Assembly (NCBI GenBank): GCA_938045275.1 | Contig: CALIMV010000008.1 | Coordinates: 1,375 to 65,374, forward strand | From: an uncultured Granulosicoccaceae bacterium | Lineage (GTDB): Bacteria; Pseudomonadota; Gammaproteobacteria; Granulosicoccales; Granulosicoccaceae | DNA: 64,000 bases | Direction: 5' to 3' | Shown here: piece by piece, positions 59,196-64,000 of the stretch | Position numbering within the stretch: the first letter of the stretch is position 1 | Layout of the letters: every line of letters begins with the position of its first letter | Position numbers and translations under genes: made by a program | The notes under the pieces: model-generated | The model's input: only the letters and a program-made list of their open reading frames with translations | Told to the model about the DNA's origin: nothing | Databases searched by the model: none

Positions 59196-60132
59196 GTTTA
59201 AGCAGTTCCAGGTCGTTACGGGTTTTCACAAGACATGAAAGCGTACTGTCTGTAAGTTCAGGCTCGGCTCGCAAATCGACCACGCCGATTGCCATCAGTG
59301 CGCTGGCCCAATCTATTGACTCAGCAACGCCTGGGGTTTTTCGCATGCCTACTGTGCGTAGCTTTTGAACATAAGACACCACTTGCTTTGCCAGATTTTC
59401 GTCGATGCCGGGCAGCCTGGAGCGAATGATTTTCTGCTCTTTATCACTTGGCGGGTAGTCGATGTAGTGGTACAAACAGCGTCTGCGCAATGCATCGCTT
59501 AGATCTCTAATACCATTGGAAGTTAATATTACTGATGGCCTGGAGCGTGCCGTGAAGGTACCAAGCTCAGGTATGCTGATTTGAAAATCGGACAGAACTT
59601 CGAGAAGCAATGCTTCAAACTCCTGATCTGCACGGTCGATTTCGTCGATCAATAACACCACAGGCTCTTCGGACGCAATGGCTGCGAAAAGGGGTCGCTT
59701 CAGCAAATAGTCTTCGCTGTATAGCGCTTGTTTTATATCCGGAATACTTGTCGATGGCGTTTGTTCAGCAGACTCACCGCGAAACTGCTGTTGCCCGCTC
59801 ATTTGCCCGCTCATTTGCCCACTCATTTGAATGGCAAGCAATTGGCGCTGGTAGTCCCAGTCGTATAAGGCGTGTTGTGCATCGAGCCCTTCGTAGCATT
59901 GCAGTCGAATGAGTTTGCGCCCTTGTGCCTTAGCTAAACATTTGGCTATTTCAGTTTTACCGACCCCGGCTTCGCCTTCAACCAATAAAGGTTTGCCAAG
60001 TTTTTCAAGCAGGTAGAGGCTGGAAATAAGTGAGGGGTCGGTAACATAACCCTGTTGTTTGAGCGAACCGGCAAGTTGTGCTCGGTCTTTACCGGGTAAG
60101 TCTAGGGCTTTGTCCGTTGTTGCATAGTCCAT
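59143..60132 (-). CDS. CoxD-like MoxR AAA+ ATPase
   Basis: EGEAGVGKT, RLQCYEGLD, LLIDEIDRAD, LSDALRRRC, PGVAESIDW. Confidence 0.9.
   Translation of the reverse strand: MDYATTDKALDLPGKDRAQLAGSLKQQGYVTDPSLISSLYLLEKLGKPLLVEGEAGVGKTEIAKCLAKAQGRKLIRLQCYEGLDAQHALYDWDYQRQLLAIQMSGQMSGQMSGQQQFRGESAEQTPSTSIPDIKQALYSEDYLLKRPLFAAIASEEPVVLLIDEIDRADQEFEALLLEVLSDFQISIPELGTFTARSRPSVILTSNGIRDLSDALRRRCLYHYIDYPPSDKEQKIIRSRLPGIDENLAKQVVSYVQKLRTVGMRKTPGVAESIDWASALMAIGVVDLRAEPELTDSTLSCLVKTRNDLELLKREQAALYGNEPDEEPQQ
59791..59829 (-). repeat. 12-bp coding tandem repeat x3 (QMSG)
   Basis: TTGCCCGCTCAT twice plus TTGCCCACTCAT. Confidence 0.9.
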
Positions 60133-60291
60133 AAAGTCAATTTAGCAGACTTCCTGTTGAGATCCTAGTGTGGTTTTGCGACCGTTATGAGCCTTTTTAA
60201 TTGTGCGTGCGATCAACCGATGTTGACATTTTGGTTTATCCTTGCAGAGTTCGTATTTTACCGACTAACAGCCTGACACAGAGAGTGATGC

Positions 60292-60915
60292 ATGAGCGAT
60301 TATAAAGTGACCTATTTTGATATCGATGGTGGAAGAGCAGAACCCATTCGCATAGCAATGCATGCTGCGGGATTGAGCTACGAAGATATTCGCTGGTCAT
60401 TTCCGGAATTTGGGGAAAAACGTCAAAATGCGCCGTTTCATGCGGTTCCATTTATTGAGTTGAATGGCAATATTGTTACGCAGTCAAACGCCATCAGTCG
60501 TTACGTGGGCAAAATGTGCAACTTATACCCTGACGACCCACTGCAGGCGTTGTATTGTGACGAAGTACTTGATGCACTTGAAGATCTCAATCACTATGTT
60601 GTTCAAACCTTCGGATTGGAAGGTGATGAGTTAAAGCAAGCTCGAGAGGCTTTGATGAACGGGCGGCTAACCGTATTTATCAAAGGACTCGATGGGCTAC
60701 TGGCTCGTGGTGGCGGTAATTATTTTGCCAACCAGTGTTTGACTATTGCCGACTTGAAAATGGCTACAATGTTAAAAATGATGCGGTCTGGAAATCTGGA
60801 TCATGTACCAGCAGACTTCGTAGATAAGCTTAGCCCGGCGTTGGCGGCACTTCAGGAGCGTGTGAACAGTGATCCTGTTGTCCAGGCTTACTATGCCTCA
60901 CGGAGTGATGGATAA
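60292..60915 (+). CDS. Glutathione S-transferase (Tyr-type, sigma-like)
   Basis: TYFDIDGGRAEPIR, VP, TQSNAISRYVGK, LTIADL. Confidence 0.9.
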   Translation: MSDYKVTYFDIDGGRAEPIRIAMHAAGLSYEDIRWSFPEFGEKRQNAPFHAVPFIELNGNIVTQSNAISRYVGKMCNLYPDDPLQALYCDEVLDALEDLNHYVVQTFGLEGDELKQAREALMNGRLTVFIKGLDGLLARGGGNYFANQCLTIADLKMATMLKMMRSGNLDHVPADFVDKLSPALAALQERVNSDPVVQAYYASRSDG

Positions 60916-60991
60916 GCCTGTTTGATTATTGTGCTCTACAGAAGAGTAATTGTGTTAGTTATTTAAATGAAATTGAGTGCGAAGTTAATCT

Positions 60992-61951
60992 GTGAAAAAG
61001 GATAAATCAACCATCAAGATAGCGTGTGTTGGTGAGGCGATGGCCGAACTCATGCTCGGAAGCGATGAAGATCAGGCGCCGTCGTTGGGGTTTGCTGGCG
61101 ACACGATGAACACAGCCATCTACCTAAACAGAATGCTGGATGAAACATCAGAAGTCTCCTACATAACCGTAGTGGGGCAGGATACTTTGTCTGATCGCCT
61201 GGTTCGTCGATTGAGCGATGAGTCGATCAATACCTCAAGAATAGGTCGATCAAGCACACGCTTGGTCGGCCTTTATGCGATAACGACTGATCAATCGGGC
61301 GAGCGCACATTTAGCTACTGGCGCAGTGAGTCGGCGGCACGCACACTGTTTCAACATGACGCAAAAGATTCGCAGTGCAACTTTGCGGTTCTAAACGGAT
61401 TCAGTGTTATCGTTTTATCTGCTATTTCATTAGCCATTCTACCTAACGAGGTTCGAATGGCGTTGTTAGCAGAACTTGCCAGACTCAGAAACGAACACCA
61501 GGTTCGCGTTGTGTTTGATTCCAATTACCGGCCCACATTGTGGGAATCTGAAGATGTCGCCAGAGAAATCATTGCGGCTACCTGGCGTATAACGGATATT
61601 GCGTTACCGTCAATCGATGATGAAAAAATGTTGTTTCATGATGTCGATGAAGCTGCTCTGCTAGCGCGTCTTCGAAGTTATGGGCTTATACATGGTGCGC
61701 TAAAGCGGGGTGCTCTAGGTCCTCGATCGTTAAATGATTCAGTTCATGAATCATTTGTGCAGAATACTGTTGCGCCTTTGAGCCCGCATAAGGTGGTAGA
61801 CACTACAGCTGCTGGCGATAGCTTTAATGCGGGTTACTTAAGCTCAATTCTTGCCGGAAAAAACGAACACGAAGCGCTGCAAGCAGGGCACGCTTGTGCG
61901 CTTCGCGTTATTTCGCATTCAGGTGCTATTATCCCACGCGATCAATGGTGA
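60992..61951 (+). CDS. kdgK: 2-dehydro-3-deoxygluconokinase (PfkB family)
   Basis: GEAMAEL, GDTMNTAIYL, GERTFSYWR, FDSNYRP.LW, DTTAAGDSFNAG. Confidence 0.88.
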   Translation: MKKDKSTIKIACVGEAMAELMLGSDEDQAPSLGFAGDTMNTAIYLNRMLDETSEVSYITVVGQDTLSDRLVRRLSDESINTSRIGRSSTRLVGLYAITTDQSGERTFSYWRSESAARTLFQHDAKDSQCNFAVLNGFSVIVLSAISLAILPNEVRMALLAELARLRNEHQVRVVFDSNYRPTLWESEDVAREIIAATWRITDIALPSIDDEKMLFHDVDEAALLARLRSYGLIHGALKRGALGPRSLNDSVHESFVQNTVAPLSPHKVVDTTAAGDSFNAGYLSSILAGKNEHEALQAGHACALRVISHSGAIIPRDQW

Positions 61952-61993
61952 TAAAACTACTTACAGCAGATTATTTTTTGCTGTTACACCACA

Positions 61994-63298
61994 CTAGTAA
62001 ATCGGAAATTTTGCTGTCAGTTCTACTACCGATGCTTTAATGTCGCTTTCGATTTTTGCATTGCCCTCTTCGCCATTTTCAGACAAACCATCGAGCACGG
62101 TATTGATCATTTCACCGACTTGACTAAATTCGACTTCACCGAAGCCTCTTGTAGTTGCTGCAGGAGAGCCGAGTCGCACACCAGAGGTAACAAACGGAGA
62201 TTCAGGATCGAAAGGAATGCCATTTTTATTACAGGTGATTCCGGCGTTGCCCAACGCCGCTTCCGCCGCCTTGCCGGTAATTTTTTTATTGCGTAAATCG
62301 ACCAGAAGCAAGTGTGTATCTGTTCCGCCTGAAACAATGTCGGAACCGCCTTGTGCGATTGTTTCAGCCAACACTCTGGCATTGTTGACCACATTTTGCG
62401 AATAAGTCTTAAATTCTGGCTTTAGGGCTTCCCCGAAGGCTACCGCTTTAGCAGCAATAACATGCATCAGTGGACCACCCTGAAGACCAGGAAAAACGGA
62501 TGAATTGAATTTTTTTCCCAGGTCTGTGTCGTTAGACAAGATCATTCCGCCACGTGGTCCGCGTAGAGTTTTGTGCGTAGTTGTAGTGACTACATCGGCA
62601 AAATCGAGTGGGTTAGCGTGAACCCCACCTGCAACAAGGCCTGCGAAGTGCGCCATATCGACCATTAGTTTTGCACCAACACTGTCAGCGATTTTTCGAA
62701 AGCGTGCAAAATCAAGCGTGCGTGGATAGGCTGAGCCACCAGCAATAATAAGTTTAGGCTTACATTGTCTGGCTTGCTCTTCAACTTCATCGTAGTTAAT
62801 GACGTGAGTTGTTTCGTCCACGCCGTAAGGCACAACGTTGAACCACTTGCCAGATTGGTTTACCGGAGAGCCATGAGTCAGGTGACCACCAGCAGCAAGG
62901 TTGAGTCCCATATAGGTATCACCTGGTTGCAGCAGTGCGAAAAACACGGCCTGATTTGCCTGTGCACCTGAATGCGGCTGCACGTTGACGAAATTACAGT
63001 TAAACAGCTGTTTGGCTCGATCACGAGCCAGGTCTTCAGCGACATCAACGTATTCGCAACCACCGTAATAGCGTCTGCCAGGGTAGCCTTCGGCGTATTT
63101 ATTTGTCATCACAGAGCCTTGAGCTTCCATCACCGACTTAGAGACGATATTTTCAGAAGCGATAAGTTCAATCTCGTGTTGCTGTCGGCCCAGCTCTGCT
63201 TCAATGGCGCGCATAATGTCTGGATCGGATTCCGACAAACTGTTGTTCAACAGGTTTTGTGCAGTTTTGCTTGTGCTAATAGATTCGGGCGTATTCAT
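61994..63298 (-). CDS. glyA: Serine hydroxymethyltransferase
   Basis: [52 protein letters not shown]. Confidence 0.99.
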   Translation of the reverse strand: MNTPESISTSKTAQNLLNNSLSESDPDIMRAIEAELGRQQHEIELIASENIVSKSVMEAQGSVMTNKYAEGYPGRRYYGGCEYVDVAEDLARDRAKQLFNCNFVNVQPHSGAQANQAVFFALLQPGDTYMGLNLAAGGHLTHGSPVNQSGKWFNVVPYGVDETTHVINYDEVEEQARQCKPKLIIAGGSAYPRTLDFARFRKIADSVGAKLMVDMAHFAGLVAGGVHANPLDFADVVTTTTHKTLRGPRGGMILSNDTDLGKKFNSSVFPGLQGGPLMHVIAAKAVAFGEALKPEFKTYSQNVVNNARVLAETIAQGGSDIVSGGTDTHLLLVDLRNKKITGKAAEAALGNAGITCNKNGIPFDPESPFVTSGVRLGSPAATTRGFGEVEFSQVGEMINTVLDGLSENGEEGNAKIESDIKASVVELTAKFPIY

Positions 63299-63543
63299 AG
63301 GGTTTTGTAGTCAATAAAACTGGATGCTTGTCATGATACCGGTTTTAAATGGGTCTGTAATCGTGTCTTTTAGCTGGAATCGACCCGTTGCAGGCGTTGT
63401 GCGAATAGGTCATAAATAGTGTGAGATGTAGCATGGTACAAGAACGTCATGATAAAGCTGTGTAGGCCGGACCAATGTTATGCAATACTGTACCGCGCCA
63501 ATTTTTGCCTTCGTAGTAAATTGAGAATGTATAAATACGCCAT

Positions 63544-64000
63544 ATGACTGATTCTACATGCTTTGTTGAACACGAAAAATCCATCCAGGTTAATGGCGCT
63601 AAGTTGGCAGGCACACTTTGTCTACATAAAAGTGAGGTGCCACGAAAAGTTGTTTTGATGATTCCCGGCAGTGGAGAGGTTGATCGTAACTCCAATGCGA
63701 TGAAGCTTCAGCTCAATATATTGAACAGTCTTGCGCATTCATTCGCTAATGCAGGCATAGCCAGTCTTCGTTTTGACAAGCGAGGTTGTGCAGGCAGTGA
63801 GGGGCAGTATCACGAAACAGGCTTCTACGATTTTGTTGATGACGCCGGTGAGTGGTTAAATGCATTGAATACGTTTGCAGAACTCGACAACACAGAAAAA
63901 TATCTATTAGGTCACTCTGAAGGCACCTTGATTGCGGCTTTTTTGAGCGTTCGAAACCCGAGCGTTAAAGGTCAAATTTTACTGACACCTTTTTTGCAGA
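63544..64000 (+). CDS. Alpha/beta hydrolase (3'-truncated by window edge; not in ORF track)
   Basis: Manual translation from ATG 63544: LAGTL, IPGSGEVDRN, LRFDKRG, LLGHSEG. Confidence 0.88.
   Translation, partial: MTDSTCFVEHEKSIQVNGAKLAGTLCLHKSEVPRKVVLMIPGSGEVDRNSNAMKLQLNILNSLAHSFANAGIASLRFDKRGCAGSEGQYHETGFYDFVDDAGEWLNALNTFAELDNTEKYLLGHSEGTLIAAFLSVRNPSVKGQILLTPFLQ

Noticed and set aside
63299-63450. ZMP/ZTP (pfl) or other riboswitch upstream of glyA
   Set aside because: Conserved pfl elements not found on the minus strand; only a weak GGGTC/GACCC pairing.
1-64000. Mobile elements, prophage, defence systems, tRNA or rRNA
   Set aside because: No transposase, integrase, phage, restriction or cas motifs and no tRNA/rRNA-like sequence recognised. 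The remaining short ORFs in the track overlap well-supported genes and are treated as spurious.

Overview
A 64 kb gene-dense bacterial chromosome segment. Gene content suggests a marine, possibly seaweed-associated gammaproteobacterium such as Granulosicoccus (inference only). I see no rRNA, tRNA, CRISPR array, prophage or transposase. Housekeeping and metabolic genes: monomeric icd, glyA, tex, ggt, kdgK, a KorC-like flavoprotein plus 2-oxoacid:ferredoxin oxidoreductase alpha/beta, a YbbAP-like ABC pair, a ZrgABCD-like zinc-uptake operon and a CoxD/CoxE-like MoxR-VWA pair. Accessory genes encode secreted modular proteins: two DUF1996 proteins, a polysaccharide-lyase-like protein, an AA5 copper-radical-oxidase lipoprotein, a zincin and a LysM protein. 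Best candidate for an undescribed system: a His-rich secretory upstream ORF (34423-34812, minus) ending in the ribosome-arrest motif RAPP. Its last codons can base-pair with the Shine-Dalgarno of the zrgA-like gene, the layout expected of a metal-sensing arrest-peptide switch on a zinc-uptake operon. Other strong leads: (1) an operon of a two-component system, a GMC-oxidase/Cys-hydrolase fusion and a signal-less PhoD; (2) an MIO-less, ergothionase-like lyase coupled to an ornithine cyclodeaminase homolog; (3) domain shuffling among three secreted proteins; (4) a TAGGG-N4/5-CCCT(A/G) palindrome found three times upstream of secreted-protein genes. All family calls are from motif recognition by eye; no searches were run. 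Several start codons were moved from the ORF track using RBS or signal-peptide evidence.
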